Assembly (NCBI GenBank): GCA_903840165.1
Contig: CAIMEY010000089.1
Location: 20,313 to 84,312 of the forward strand
Source of the DNA: an uncultured Myxococcales bacterium
Lineage (GTDB): Bacteria > Myxococcota_A > UBA9042
Direction of reading: 5' to 3'
DNA length: 64,000 nt
Numbering within the stretch: the stretch's first letter is position 1; each line of letters starts with the position of its first letter. Below, in pieces: positions 22,703-32,599 of the stretch. The translations under genes and the position numbers were made by a program. The notes beneath the pieces were generated by a model that had not been told where the DNA came from, ran no database searches, and saw only the letters and a list, made by a program, of their open reading frames with translations.

Positions 22703-24088
22703 CTACAGGGCAATGGCCAGACGCAGGCCCAGTTCTTGCTCCCAAGCGCTGCCGCCATTGACGCCGCCAATCGCACTTTGCACGGCTGCGCTGTCGCCGG
22801 CAAAGTGGTGGACCAGGGCATTGATCGTTGCGCGAAATGTCTTTGAGTACCAGTAGTTAATCCCGAGTTCGCCACTGTCCATGCGCGTGCGGCCTAGGCC
22901 AGGATTGACGGTCAAGCCATCGTTGCTCAGCGTCTCATCCAAGTGCTCGTAACGCAAGGCAATCATCAGCCCCGTGCGCGGACCGGTTGCCGTGCTGACG
23001 CTAGGCCGTGGCCGCCATTTCGGTAAGCGCTGGGCCGTGTCAAAGGGCACGATCGTGTCGTCGCCCACAAGCCAATACCAAACCTGGACATACGCCGATG
23101 ATCCCTGCAGCAGCGCCTGACCGGCCTTGGCAGCAGCGGTCACGTCTATTTCGGCTAAGTTTTGGCTTTTATGAATGTATTCTGCGCGTAAACCATAGAG
23201 GTGATGAATGGGCGCGTTGAGCTCCAGGGCCCATTGGGTGAGGCTGCCTTGCTGGCGCAATTCCATGTTCTGCTTAGTCTTTCCTGCCGGCGTCTCCGAC
23301 CACTTGTTGCCGAAAAAGCCAAACCCCATCTGCGTAGTCTGGGCGACGAACAGTTGAGACTTGGCGATGTCATCGCCGCGCACGCCCGTCCAGAGCGATG
23401 CACCTAAACTCACTGCGTGCAAAGGGGAATCTTCCTCCTCGGCCCACGGCGCGACGAAGGCTCGGCCGATGAGGTCAAAGTGATTGTCGACATTGTTGAC
23501 GTTGCGGCCATCGCCATTGAAGGCACCAAGCGAATAATACAGGCGATCTCCAAGCAGCAGGCCGCTGACCATGGCCCCCACTTCCTTGTTGGTCGGCACG
23601 CCAAAGGCGCGGACGGTGGCCGACCGCTCCATGAAGTCGAAGTACTTGTCCGCCATGCGGTTTTCCAGCGAGAACGGCGCGTCAAACTGGCCGAGCTGGA
23701 ACATCAAAGCGTTGCGCCAGGGGTCCAGCAACACGTAGTTGTCGGTTGCCGGCAGCCCGTTGGCCGCGGAGGAGAAGTCGCCCGCAATGTGAAATCCGAC
23801 CCAACTCCCTACACGGCCAGCCATTTCCAAGCGCGCCCGCCGGCTGGTGAGGGTGTCAAAGGGGGCCGCCTCGCTGCCCCGCTGGAGAAACAGCGCATCG
23901 GTCTGCAGCCGGCCGTGGGGAAAGAACTGATACTGGTGATCGGGCGACACCAAATACATGGAACCATTGTTGATTCCCGCCAAGACAGTATCAGGCGTTG
24001 CCGTCGCAGGCAGTTCAGTGGCCGCCTGTGCCCAGGCAGAGCAACTTACGAAACTACCTATAATCACAAGTATAATGCGCTTCATCAT
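22703..24088 (-). CDS. Outer-membrane porin, phosphate-selective porin O/P (OprO/OprP) family
   Basis: Signal peptide MMKRIILVIIGSFVSCSAWAQ. RRARLEMAGR...GQFDAPFSLENRMADKYFDFMERS matches the Porin_O_P consensus as I remember it. Confidence 0.78.
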   Translation of the reverse strand: MMKRIILVIIGSFVSCSAWAQAATELPATATPDTVLAGINNGSMYLVSPDHQYQFFPHGRLQTDALFLQRGSEAAPFDTLTSRRARLEMAGRVGSWVGFHIAGDFSSAANGLPATDNYVLLDPWRNALMFQLGQFDAPFSLENRMADKYFDFMERSATVRAFGVPTNKEVGAMVSGLLLGDRLYYSLGAFNGDGRNVNNVDNHFDLIGRAFVAPWAEEEDSPLHAVSLGASLWTGVRGDDIAKSQLFVAQTTQMGFGFFGNKWSETPAGKTKQNMELRQQGSLTQWALELNAPIHHLYGLRAEYIHKSQNLAEIDVTAAAKAGQALLQGSSAYVQVWYWLVGDDTIVPFDTAQRLPKWRPRPSVSTATGPRTGLMIALRYEHLDETLSNDGLTVNPGLGRTRMDSGELGINYWYSKTFRATINALVHHFAGDSAAVQSAIGGVNGGSAWEQELGLRLAIAL

Positions 24089-24199
24089 TGGTCAGTCGTG
24101 CCTCCCCGCGGTAGCCCTCTGGCGCATCTGACGGCCGTCCATGACCGCAGCTGCCAGTGGTCTGTGCGCACGGTACAGCAATTCGGCATGAACGCGAAT

Positions 24200-24751
24200 C
24201 TATGGACGATTGTCCGCCTCAGGGTTCACGCCCAAGCCATGCAGCGTCAAGGCAAAGCGTTGTCCGCGGTCCTTGGGCGCAAAGCGCATGGAAACGACGT
24301 AAAGCAGCGTATCTACAGTCTGAACGTCGATGCTATCCCCCGGCGGCAGGCCTTCCAGCGGCTGCCCCCTGAAGTTGAACGGGCACACGTCCAGATCCCC
24401 ATCGACGCGAACGGGGGCACCGTGGCTGCGGCAAATCAGCGGACGTACAGGATAAATCAGGCAAGCACCAGCGCCGTCCAGCATCCCACAGCGGCTGCTG
24501 CCGTGGGGCTGTTCAAGGGCCAACTGCCGCAGCTGATCGACGAAGTCGGGATGGTAGCTGAGCCAGCTCCGTATCGCTTCGCGCTGCAAAAAGCCAACTG
24601 TCAGGCCTGGTTGACAGCATCCGTGACAGCCCAGGACGCACTGCATCTGCGCGCCATGGGCCGTAGCAATGGCTGCGAACTTGGCGTCCACCTTGGCGAC
24701 GACGGCGCTGTATTCGGCGAACTCTGGAGGAAGTTCAGTCGCTTGAGGCAT
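24200..24751 (-). CDS. YkgJ-type cysteine-cluster (putative Zn/Fe-chelating) protein
   Basis: N-terminal cluster CVLGCHGCC, plus the later CGMLD...GACLIY...RPLICRSH pattern typical of the CxxCxxCC family. Confidence 0.55.
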   Translation of the reverse strand: MPQATELPPEFAEYSAVVAKVDAKFAAIATAHGAQMQCVLGCHGCCQPGLTVGFLQREAIRSWLSYHPDFVDQLRQLALEQPHGSSRCGMLDGAGACLIYPVRPLICRSHGAPVRVDGDLDVCPFNFRGQPLEGLPPGDSIDVQTVDTLLYVVSMRFAPKDRGQRFALTLHGLGVNPEADNRP

Positions 24752-24801
24752 GCCAATTCCTGCGGTGCTTGCCGCCCGGGCTGGCGGAAAATGCCCATCG
24801 C

Positions 24802-24820
24802 GGGCTTGTATAGCAAGCCC
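24802..24820 (-). terminator. Perfect 7-bp stem-loop GGGCTTG-TATAG-CAAGCCC abutting the glmU stop codon. It contains the 11-mer and is a candidate terminator or processing hairpin.
   Basis: Inverted repeat at 24802-24808 / 24814-24820. The glmU stop is the complement of 24821-24823. There is no U-tract on the minus strand, but the + strand has T-rich sequence downstream. Confidence 0.35.
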
Positions 24821-26239
24821 TTAATCTTTTGATTTCTTTCGCTTTTCATCGTCGCGCACCTGTTTTCGCGCCACCCAGCCTTCGATGGCCCGCTGCGGTG
24901 TCCGACTCAGCGCCAAGGCTCCTGCAGGTACGTCCTGCGTGATCGTGCTGCCCGCGCCGACGTAGGCCCCTTGGCCAACGGTGACCGGGGCTACCAGTTG
25001 CGAATCGCTGCCGATGAAGACGTCGGCCCCTAGGGTCGTGCGGTACTTGAATACCCCGTCGTAATTGCAGGTAATTGTCCCGGCACCGATGTTGCAGTTT
25101 GCGCCGATGTCGGCGTCGCCCAGGTACGACAAGTGGCTGGCCTTGGCCCCCGGCCCCAAGTTCGCCTTCTTGGTCTCGACAAAATTCCCAACCTTAACGC
25201 GCTCTTGCAGCACAGTCCCTGGACGCAAGTGGGCAAAGGGTCCGACATGGGCACCCGCGCCAATGGACGCCTCGGTTGCCACGGTATAGGGCAGGACGTG
25301 GGCCCCCGCCGCCACGGTGACGTCGGTCAGGACACAGCCACGATCGATGCGCGCCCCGGCCTCAATCTGCGTATTTCCGCGGAGTTCCACATCCATCCCC
25401 AGAGAGCAATCGGCCGCCAACTGCACGGTCGGTTCGATCCAGACGGCGTCCGCGTCGTCCATGCCCACCCCAGCGTGGAGGTGCGCCAGGGCCACCCGAT
25501 TGCGCAAGACGGTAGTCAATGCCGCCAGCTCAGCCCGGGAATTGACACCAGAAACTTCCATATTGTCATCAACTTGAAGCGCCACACCGCCTTGCCCCTG
25601 CGCCGCAGCCAGGGCGACCAAATCGGTCAGGTACAACTCGCCCTGGGCATTGTTCGGCTGGAGCTGGGTCAGCGTGTTCGCCAAGAAATCCGCGGATACA
25701 GCCATCATTCCGGCGTTGACGATGCGCAGTTGCCGCTCCGCCTCGGAGGCGTCCTTGTGCTCGACAACGCCCAGCATGTGCTGCCCGTCAGGGTGCAGCG
25801 CGACTCGGCCATATCCTGTAGGATCAGGCAGTTGCGCGACCAGGAGCGCCAATGGTGCCTTCTGCCGTACGGCCAGCAACGCGTCCAGAGTCTGCCAACG
25901 CAAAAGCGGAACATCCCCATAAAGAATCAAGACTTGCTCAGCATCCTGCCAGCCTTCCCGCGCGCACAGCACAGCGTGCCCGGTGCCATTGGGATTGGGC
26001 TGCTCGAGACAAACCGCTTGAGCCTGGTTGACTTGGGCCCACTGTGCCACGTAGGCCTGCACCGCCTCGCGACCGTGGCCCGTGACGACCACCATGCGTT
26101 TGGGCTGTAATTGCAAGGCTGTATTGAGTACGTGCCCCAACATCGGCGTCCCCAGCAGAGGGTGCAACACCTTGGGCAACGCGCTGTGCATGCGCTTGCC
26201 TTGGCCGGCCGCCAAGATCACCACAACGAGTCCAGACAT
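24821..26239 (-). CDS. glmU: Bifunctional UDP-N-acetylglucosamine pyrophosphorylase / GlcN-1-P acetyltransferase
   Basis: N-terminal VVILAAGQGKRMHSALPKVLHPL, with C-terminal left-handed beta-helix hexapeptide repeats. Confidence 0.93.
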   Translation of the reverse strand: MSGLVVVILAAGQGKRMHSALPKVLHPLLGTPMLGHVLNTALQLQPKRMVVVTGHGREAVQAYVAQWAQVNQAQAVCLEQPNPNGTGHAVLCAREGWQDAEQVLILYGDVPLLRWQTLDALLAVRQKAPLALLVAQLPDPTGYGRVALHPDGQHMLGVVEHKDASEAERQLRIVNAGMMAVSADFLANTLTQLQPNNAQGELYLTDLVALAAAQGQGGVALQVDDNMEVSGVNSRAELAALTTVLRNRVALAHLHAGVGMDDADAVWIEPTVQLAADCSLGMDVELRGNTQIEAGARIDRGCVLTDVTVAAGAHVLPYTVATEASIGAGAHVGPFAHLRPGTVLQERVKVGNFVETKKANLGPGAKASHLSYLGDADIGANCNIGAGTITCNYDGVFKYRTTLGADVFIGSDSQLVAPVTVGQGAYVGAGSTITQDVPAGALALSRTPQRAIEGWVARKQVRDDEKRKKSKD

Positions 26240-26653
26240 TAGATTCCTCTATAATTTCAGGGTCTTCACCAGGCCACACCTGAACTGTGGCTGCCCAGGC
26301 TGCAGCGAGCCCACGGACGCCTTGGGCATCCCCGCCTCAAGAATCCCTTGGGGCCGGCCCAGCGTCAACGGTCGCGGCGGCCGGCGCAACCAGACGGTTT
26401 GAGCCAGCCCGTCCGCCCGAATGACCAGAACCTTGGGGTTACGTCTGCGCTTGGGCCACCGCAGAATCATGGGTGACGCTGGATTCTGCTGCCCGCTTAG
26501 ATGTTGATTTCTCTAGTACATTGCACCCCAGATACGGTCATCACGTCGGGCCTCTGACCGGCGCCGGCATTGCAGGGAAGTTCTGGGCATGGCTACACTG
26601 CGCCGCGCACCAAGTACGCCCTGCATACGGTACGGCGCCAAGCGAGGATTCTC

Positions 26654-27628
26654 ATGGTTCAATCCCCAGTTTCTGCGGCCCCTGAGGCCATTGCTGCCCA
26701 AACCGACGTCCGCGTGTGGGTCAACGGCCAAATCGTGGATGCCGAAGGCGCTCGCCTACCTCACCTAACCCATTCATTTCACTATGGTCTTGGTGCCTTT
26801 GAGGGCATTCGCGCCTACGAGGTTGCACCCGGCGTTGGGGCCGTCTTTCGCCTGGACGATCATATCCGTCGCCTGATCGCTAGCTGCCATTTGGTCACCC
26901 TGGATAAGGCGTTGACCTTCAGCCACGCCGACTTGACCCAGGCCTGCGTCGCCACATTACAGGCAAATCGCTTGAGCGAAGGCTACTTACGCCCGGTCAT
27001 CTACCTCGGTGCCGGCGCGATGGGCATCGGCGCCACCAGCAACCCGGTGCACGCGCTGGTCGCCGGTTGGAAATGGGGCGCTTACCTAGGCGATGAAGGC
27101 CTGCGCCGCGGAATTGCCTGCTGCATCAGTAGCTTTCAGCGCCCCGGCCACGCCACGACGTTGACCAAGGGCAAGCTGACGGGCCAATACATCAACTCGA
27201 TCTTGGCCAAGCGCGAGGCAGTGGGCAACGGTTATGACGAAGCGATCTTGCTCAATGAGCAGGGCTACATCACCGAAGCTACGGGCGAAAATGTCTTTAT
27301 GGTCAAGGACAATCAGCTGATCACTCCCCCCCTTGGTATGAATATTCTGGCCGGCATCACCCGCGCGACCATGATCGAAATGGCCTGCGATCGTGGGATC
27401 ATCGTGGTGGAACGTCCCTTTGCGCGCGACGAATTGTACTGCGCAGACGAGGTGTTCCTGACCGGCACTGCTGCCGAAGTGACGCCGGTGCGGGCTGTCG
27501 ATGGGCGCAACATTGGCCAGGGCCAACGCGGGCCGATGACTGAGCTTTTGCAGCAGGGGTACTTCGACATCGTACGCGGGCGCGACAGCCGGTACGCGCG
27601 GTGGCTGACCCGCTTTGACCTTCCGTAA
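26654..27628 (+). CDS. ilvE: Branched-chain amino acid aminotransferase (fold type IV)
   Basis: HYGLGAFEGIRAY, YLRP, and the EATGENVF...TP...ILAGITR motifs. The start is set at the in-frame ATG at 26654. Confidence 0.85.
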   Translation: MVQSPVSAAPEAIAAQTDVRVWVNGQIVDAEGARLPHLTHSFHYGLGAFEGIRAYEVAPGVGAVFRLDDHIRRLIASCHLVTLDKALTFSHADLTQACVATLQANRLSEGYLRPVIYLGAGAMGIGATSNPVHALVAGWKWGAYLGDEGLRRGIACCISSFQRPGHATTLTKGKLTGQYINSILAKREAVGNGYDEAILLNEQGYITEATGENVFMVKDNQLITPPLGMNILAGITRATMIEMACDRGIIVVERPFARDELYCADEVFLTGTAAEVTPVRAVDGRNIGQGQRGPMTELLQQGYFDIVRGRDSRYARWLTRFDLP

Positions 27629-27726
27629 GGGTTGATTGGGCAAGCTTTTCTCACCCAGCATAGGCACAGGCTTGGCGAGCGAGGGGCGCAGCGTACACCG
27701 TAAGATGGGCTGGCCAATTCGGGAGG

Positions 27727-29067
27727 ATGCAGGTGGCACTGTTCGCAGATCGGTTTGAAGGCTGGTTAGCTTCTGATTTTGAAGCCTTTTCACCAGCCAA
27801 CTGGAGCTCGAACCGCTTCAACCGTCCTCGGTCTGCGGTTCGCGATCGATTGTTGTCCCTGCTCGAACAGAGCACAAAGACAGCCAATTTGCCCGCCCTA
27901 GGCCTAACGCTGTGGGCTTCGCGCGCCGACCCAAGTCTGATCAACAACCACAAGGTATCTCGACTTCGCGCTGTTATTACACGTAGTTCCGAGCGTCGCG
28001 CCGAATTGGAAGCCGCGCAGTCCCAACTCGATGCGACGCAAGTGGACCGCTTTGGTGCCTGGCTGGGCCTAGAAGTCGACCACGAGCGCGTTCTTGTTCA
28101 GCTTTCGGTTCCGGCTGAGGCGGCGATCGACCGCGAGTCCCTGCCCTCGCACCTCGGACTGCTGCCGAGCCTGAGCGATGGTGAACATCTGCGCCATGGC
28201 GAAACTGCTGTAGATTTAGGGGTTTGGCTGGACGCCTTGGCCCAGACGGAGGCCCCAGTCGACCTAGCCCTGGCGTGGATCCTGCCCCTCGATCAGGCCC
28301 TGCAAGGATCTGGAACTGCTGAAGAAGTCCGTAGATTTGTCGAGAAGATGCTGCCCGCCTTGGTGGCTGTGATCGGCGGTGATCCAGCGGCCATTGTGTG
28401 GGAATCCGCGGAACATTCTGAATCTACGGCGAATTCTTCTGAATCGGCGATGGCCGAATTGAGCGGCGACGGCCAAAAAGAGGCTTGTATAGCAACGAGC
28501 CAAGCCCCCAATCAGAATGACGAATTTCGTCCAGCCACCCCAATTGCCCCACCGCGGCGCCCTGGGTCCTACCGGCCGGCCTTTGCCCCGGCGCGTCCCA
28601 CGGCCGTTCCCGCCGATCGGGCACCGATCGAGCGCATTGTGCCACCCACCTGGAGGCCAGAAACCACTGATATCGGTCGGCAATTGCGTCAGGCGCACGA
28701 GGAACGCGACCGCCAACAAGCGCGAAGCTACCCGCCGGCCGCGCCGCAACGACCGCAATCGCCTGACCGAGGACCGCGCCCGCAGCCTCCTACCCAGGAG
28801 GGACGTTCGAATAACTACCAGTCTTCACAGACGAAATCGGGCGGTTTTCCCGATCGCCGTGGCAGTGGTCGGCCCTTTGAACTCGGCCCCGATCCAAAGG
28901 CGGGCCAAGCCGTGACCACGTTGGCTCCCGGCGCTCGCGTGCGCATGCAGGCGGGGCTTTGGCTGGGCAAGGAAGGGGTAGTCGTTGAAATCAAAGGCGA
29001 TACCGTGCATGTCCAGCTGGGCGCCCTCACCGTCAAGGTGCCCAAGTCGGGCGTGGCGCTCGCCTGA
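27727..29067 (+). CDS. Hypothetical protein: unknown N-terminal domain, Pro/Arg-rich linker, KOW/SH3-like C-terminus
   Basis: 446-aa ORF with coding-like composition. The C-terminal GARVRMQAGLWLGKEGVVVEIKGDTVHVQLGALTVKV resembles the KOW-like element of MutS2-type proteins. I recognise no family for the remainder. Confidence 0.6.
   Translation: MQVALFADRFEGWLASDFEAFSPANWSSNRFNRPRSAVRDRLLSLLEQSTKTANLPALGLTLWASRADPSLINNHKVSRLRAVITRSSERRAELEAAQSQLDATQVDRFGAWLGLEVDHERVLVQLSVPAEAAIDRESLPSHLGLLPSLSDGEHLRHGETAVDLGVWLDALAQTEAPVDLALAWILPLDQALQGSGTAEEVRRFVEKMLPALVAVIGGDPAAIVWESAEHSESTANSSESAMAELSGDGQKEACIATSQAPNQNDEFRPATPIAPPRRPGSYRPAFAPARPTAVPADRAPIERIVPPTWRPETTDIGRQLRQAHEERDRQQARSYPPAAPQRPQSPDRGPRPQPPTQEGRSNNYQSSQTKSGGFPDRRGSGRPFELGPDPKAGQAVTTLAPGARVRMQAGLWLGKEGVVVEIKGDTVHVQLGALTVKVPKSGVALA
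28486..28531 (+). repeat. One-mismatch motif copy (TGTATAGCAAC) plus hairpin inside the ORF at 27727-29067
   Basis: Motif at 28486-28496, with the palindrome GACGAATTTCGTC at 28519-28531. Confidence 0.6.
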
Positions 29068-29112
29068 CCAAGCTAGCTGTTTTATCTTAAGTTAAGCGAA
29101 CTTAGTGGATAT

Positions 29113-29132
29113 CCCTCTGCTCGGCCAGAGGG
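29113..29132 (+). terminator. Stem-loop CCCTCTG-N6-CAGAGGG downstream of the ORF at 27727-29067
   Basis: Seven-bp perfect inverted repeat 46 nt after the stop. It follows an AT-rich patch and has no U-tract. Confidence 0.25.
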
Positions 29133-29329
29133 TGACGCCAACCCGCGAAAGCAGCATCGCTCCCTGGTCAGCGAAATCCGCAAAGTACGACGGATTCTGC
29201 GCATTGCAGCCGGCCTTGGCTGGCAGAGTTGGCTTTTTTGCACGGCCGCGGTAGCCATGCCCTTGCCGCCGCGGCCCTGGACACCTACCTTAGCGCACCC
29301 GCCGGGACCGTCTGGCGGCAGGATCCTCC

Positions 29330-32300
29330 ATGCTGCAAAAGTTGCTCGCCAAAGCGTTTGGCACCAAAAACGACCGTGAACTCAAGAAGATTCGCCCCGT
29401 CGTTGACCAAATCAACAGCCTGGAAGCGCGCATTCGCCCCCTGAGCGACGACGAATTGCGTGGCAAGACGGTCGAATTTCGCAACAAACTCAGCCAGGGT
29501 GCCAGCCTGGACGATCTGCTGCCGGAAGCCTTCGCGGTGGTGCGCGAGGCTGCATGGCGACGCCTGGGTCAGCGGCACTATGACGTGCAGATGATCGGCG
29601 GCTACGTGCTGCACAAGGGCATGATCTCGGAAATGCGCACCGGTGAAGGCAAAACACTGGTTGCCACGCTGCCCGCCTACCTCAATGCCTTGGCCGGAAG
29701 AGGCGTCCATGTCGTCACGGTCAACGACTACTTGGCCCGCCGCGACTGCGAATGGATGAGCTTGGTTTATAATTTCCTGGGCTTATCTACAGGCGTCGTG
29801 ACCACCGATATCGAGGAGGACGTACGCCGAGCGGCCTACAACTCCGACATCACGTACGGCCAGAACAATGAGCTAGGGTTCGACTATCTTCGCGATAATA
29901 TGAAGTTTTCGCTGGATGACTACGTCCATCGCTACCTGGCCGAGGCTGTCGATGGCAAGGCCGATAAGCTGCTGTCCTACGCCATCGTTGACGAAGTGGA
30001 CTCTATCCTGATCGACGAAGCCCGCACGCCGCTTATCATTTCCGGTCGCGGTGAGGACAGTTCGGAGCCCTACCTACGCGCAAATGCCGTGATTCCCTTT
30101 CTAAAGCGCGAATATGACTACATTGTTGATGAGAAAGGCCATTCCGTCTCTCTGACCGAGTCCGGCGTCGATAAGGTAGAATCCCGCTTAAAAATCGGGA
30201 ACTTGTACGATGCCGAGCACATGACCTGGGTGCACTACATTCACGCGGCGCTCAAGGCGCACACTCTGTACCGAACTGAGGTCAACTATCTGATTGAAGA
30301 GGGAAAAATCGTCATCATCGACGAGCATACGGGCCGCAAGATGCCCGGGCGGCGCTGGTCAGACGGCATTCACCAGGCCATCGAAGCCAAAGAAGGCCTG
30401 AAGATTCAACAGGAATCCCAGACTCTTGCGACGATCACGTTCCAGAATTACTTTCGCATGTACAGCAAGTTGTGCGGCATGACCGGTACGGCCGAAACCG
30501 AAGCCGAGGAAATGGCCAAGATCTACAATTTGGACGTGCTGGTCATTCCAACCAACCGGCCCATCAGCCGCCTGGATAGCGAAGATATCATTTACAAAAC
30601 TGAGCACGGCAAGTTCAAGGCCGTCATTGGCGACATCCGCAATAGCCATGAGCAAGGACAGCCGGTCCTGGTGGGCACGATCAGCGTGGAGAAGAGCCAA
30701 TTCCTCTCTGATCTTCTGACTCAAGACGGCATTCCGCACAACGTCCTCAATGCCAAGCAGCACGCACGCGAGGCGGATATCGTCGCGCAGGCGGGTCGGC
30801 TCGGTGCCGTGACGATTTCGACCAATATGGCCGGCCGTGGCACGGACATCTTACTGGGCGGTAATCCTGAGCTTTTGGCCCGTTCCGAAACCTTTGGCGG
30901 CGGTCTGATTCACCAAGACTTCGACGATAAATCGCCTGAATTTCAAGAGAAACTGCTGCAATACAAGGCGATTGCCGCGGCCGAAAAGCAGCAGGTGCTC
31001 GCCGCCGGTGGCCTCAAGATCATCGGTACCGAACGGCATGAAAGTCGGCGTATTGACAATCAGTTGCGCGGTCGTGCCGGTCGTCAGGGCGACCCGGGAG
31101 CCAGTCAGTTCTATCTGTCCCTCGACGACGACCTGATGCGTGTCTTTGGCGGCGATCGCGTCCGCAAGATCATGGAATTTCTGCGGATTCCTGAGGATGA
31201 GCCCATCGTCGACCCGATGGTGTCCAAGGCCATTGAAGGGGCGCAAAAACGCGTTGAAGGTCAACACTTTGACGCGCGAAAGAATGTTCTTGAGTACGAC
31301 GACGTCATGAACCTGCAGCGCAAGTCCATCTACGCCCTGAGGCGGCGGGTCTTGGGCAGCGAAGATACACGGGAATTGGTGCGCCAAGTCATTGGCGATG
31401 TCGTTTATACCGTAGCGCGACAGTTCTGCGTGGCGGACCGCAATCCACTGGACTGGGACATCGAGGGACTGGAAGACGCACTCTTCGATTTAACCAAGAT
31501 AGACATGGACTTAGAGGACGTACATCGGGACTTCGCGGCCATCGCGGAGTCGGTGACCACTCACCTTGAGCGCGAATTTGACGAACGGCGGCAGCGACTT
31601 GTCGAGCAAGTGCAGCATTCGCTGGACGATGACGACGCTGTGGACGAAGACGGTAAGGCCGAGCTGGCCGAGGATCGCTGGGCCGAGTTTGAGCGCGAGG
31701 CATACCTGCGTGGGATTGACACGCACTGGCGCGAACACCTCAAGATCATGGACGGTCTCAAGGAAGGCGTCTACTTGGAAGCGTACGCGCAGAAGGACCC
31801 AAAGCTCATCTACAAGAAGGAAGGCTATGACCTTTTTGGGCAGATGATCGAGCGAATCGAAGCCCAGTTGGTCGAAGCGCTGTTCCAAGTGGAAGTCAAG
31901 TCCGCGGATGAACTGGATAGATTGCGCAAAGAGGCCGAACAACGGCGGTCCCGCGCCAAGCAGCAGATGCTTGAGACCCATACGCAGACGAACCTGCACG
32001 ATGAAGCGGCGGCTGTAGAAAAGATGGCCCGCGAAATGGCTATCCAACAGGCGCAGTTAGCCCGACAGGCTGCGAGAAAGCCTGGCGTTGCCCAACCCGC
32101 TGGAACGGCGACTCGACCGGCAGCGGCTGCACCAGCGGCCAGCGCGGCAGCGACGGCCAACTTGGCCGAACTGGAAGCCCTTGCCCTGGCTGCGGAAGCG
32201 GCGGATGGGGGCCCTGCAGCAGCCGAGCCGGCCAAAGTGGAAACGTACCGGCGCGATCGGCCCAAGATTGGCCGCAATGATCCGTGTTGGTGCGGGAGCG

Positions 32301-32356
32301 GTAAGAAATACAAGAAATGTCATGCGGATATCGATGGCGGACCGACAAGTCCTTGA
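29330..32356 (+). CDS. secA: Preprotein translocase ATPase SecA
   Basis: 1008 aa. Contains MRTGEGKTL (Walker A), the [23 protein letters not shown] box, and the C-terminal zinc finger [13 protein letters not shown]. Confidence 0.97.
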   Translation: MLQKLLAKAFGTKNDRELKKIRPVVDQINSLEARIRPLSDDELRGKTVEFRNKLSQGASLDDLLPEAFAVVREAAWRRLGQRHYDVQMIGGYVLHKGMISEMRTGEGKTLVATLPAYLNALAGRGVHVVTVNDYLARRDCEWMSLVYNFLGLSTGVVTTDIEEDVRRAAYNSDITYGQNNELGFDYLRDNMKFSLDDYVHRYLAEAVDGKADKLLSYAIVDEVDSILIDEARTPLIISGRGEDSSEPYLRANAVIPFLKREYDYIVDEKGHSVSLTESGVDKVESRLKIGNLYDAEHMTWVHYIHAALKAHTLYRTEVNYLIEEGKIVIIDEHTGRKMPGRRWSDGIHQAIEAKEGLKIQQESQTLATITFQNYFRMYSKLCGMTGTAETEAEEMAKIYNLDVLVIPTNRPISRLDSEDIIYKTEHGKFKAVIGDIRNSHEQGQPVLVGTISVEKSQFLSDLLTQDGIPHNVLNAKQHAREADIVAQAGRLGAVTISTNMAGRGTDILLGGNPELLARSETFGGGLIHQDFDDKSPEFQEKLLQYKAIAAAEKQQVLAAGGLKIIGTERHESRRIDNQLRGRAGRQGDPGASQFYLSLDDDLMRVFGGDRVRKIMEFLRIPEDEPIVDPMVSKAIEGAQKRVEGQHFDARKNVLEYDDVMNLQRKSIYALRRRVLGSEDTRELVRQVIGDVVYTVARQFCVADRNPLDWDIEGLEDALFDLTKIDMDLEDVHRDFAAIAESVTTHLEREFDERRQRLVEQVQHSLDDDDAVDEDGKAELAEDRWAEFEREAYLRGIDTHWREHLKIMDGLKEGVYLEAYAQKDPKLIYKKEGYDLFGQMIERIEAQLVEALFQVEVKSADELDRLRKEAEQRRSRAKQQMLETHTQTNLHDEAAAVEKMAREMAIQQAQLARQAARKPGVAQPAGTATRPAAAAPAASAAATANLAELEALALAAEAADGGPAAAEPAKVETYRRDRPKIGRNDPCWCGSGKKYKKCHADIDGGPTSP

Positions 32357-32372
32357 CAATATGCGCATGTTG

Positions 32373-32387
32373 GCGGCTTGAAGCCGC
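32373..32387 (+). terminator. Stem-loop GCGGCTTGAAGCCGC 17 nt after the secA stop
   Basis: Six-bp GC-rich stem with a 3-nt loop, but no U-tract, so the terminator call is weak. Confidence 0.25.
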
Positions 32388-32599
32388 GAGCGTGTCGTGC
32401 TGGCAGCCACTGAGAACGGCGCTACCCAACTGAAGTCTTTGAGAAGATTGGAAAGTTTTCGCGGTCCTTCTTGACTTCGCGCTGGCGGCATGGCGCACTC
32501 GGGTGCTCGGACACCGGTCCCATTCCGGGCGCGTCTTGATTTTCTGCGTGGGGGCGTGGCAATCAGTCGTGCCGGCAAACCACAGCGCGGCGCACAGAA

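Noticed and set aside
24790-24825. The reverse complement of the motif contains TTGCT, which could be a sigma-54 -12 element
   Set aside because: No GG dinucleotide sits at the required -24 position (12 nt upstream of the GC) in the copies I checked.
29865-29885. GGTTCGA-like tRNA T-arm string
   Set aside because: It lies inside the secA reading frame with no acceptor or anticodon stems around it. No tRNA-like cloverleaf was seen anywhere in the window.
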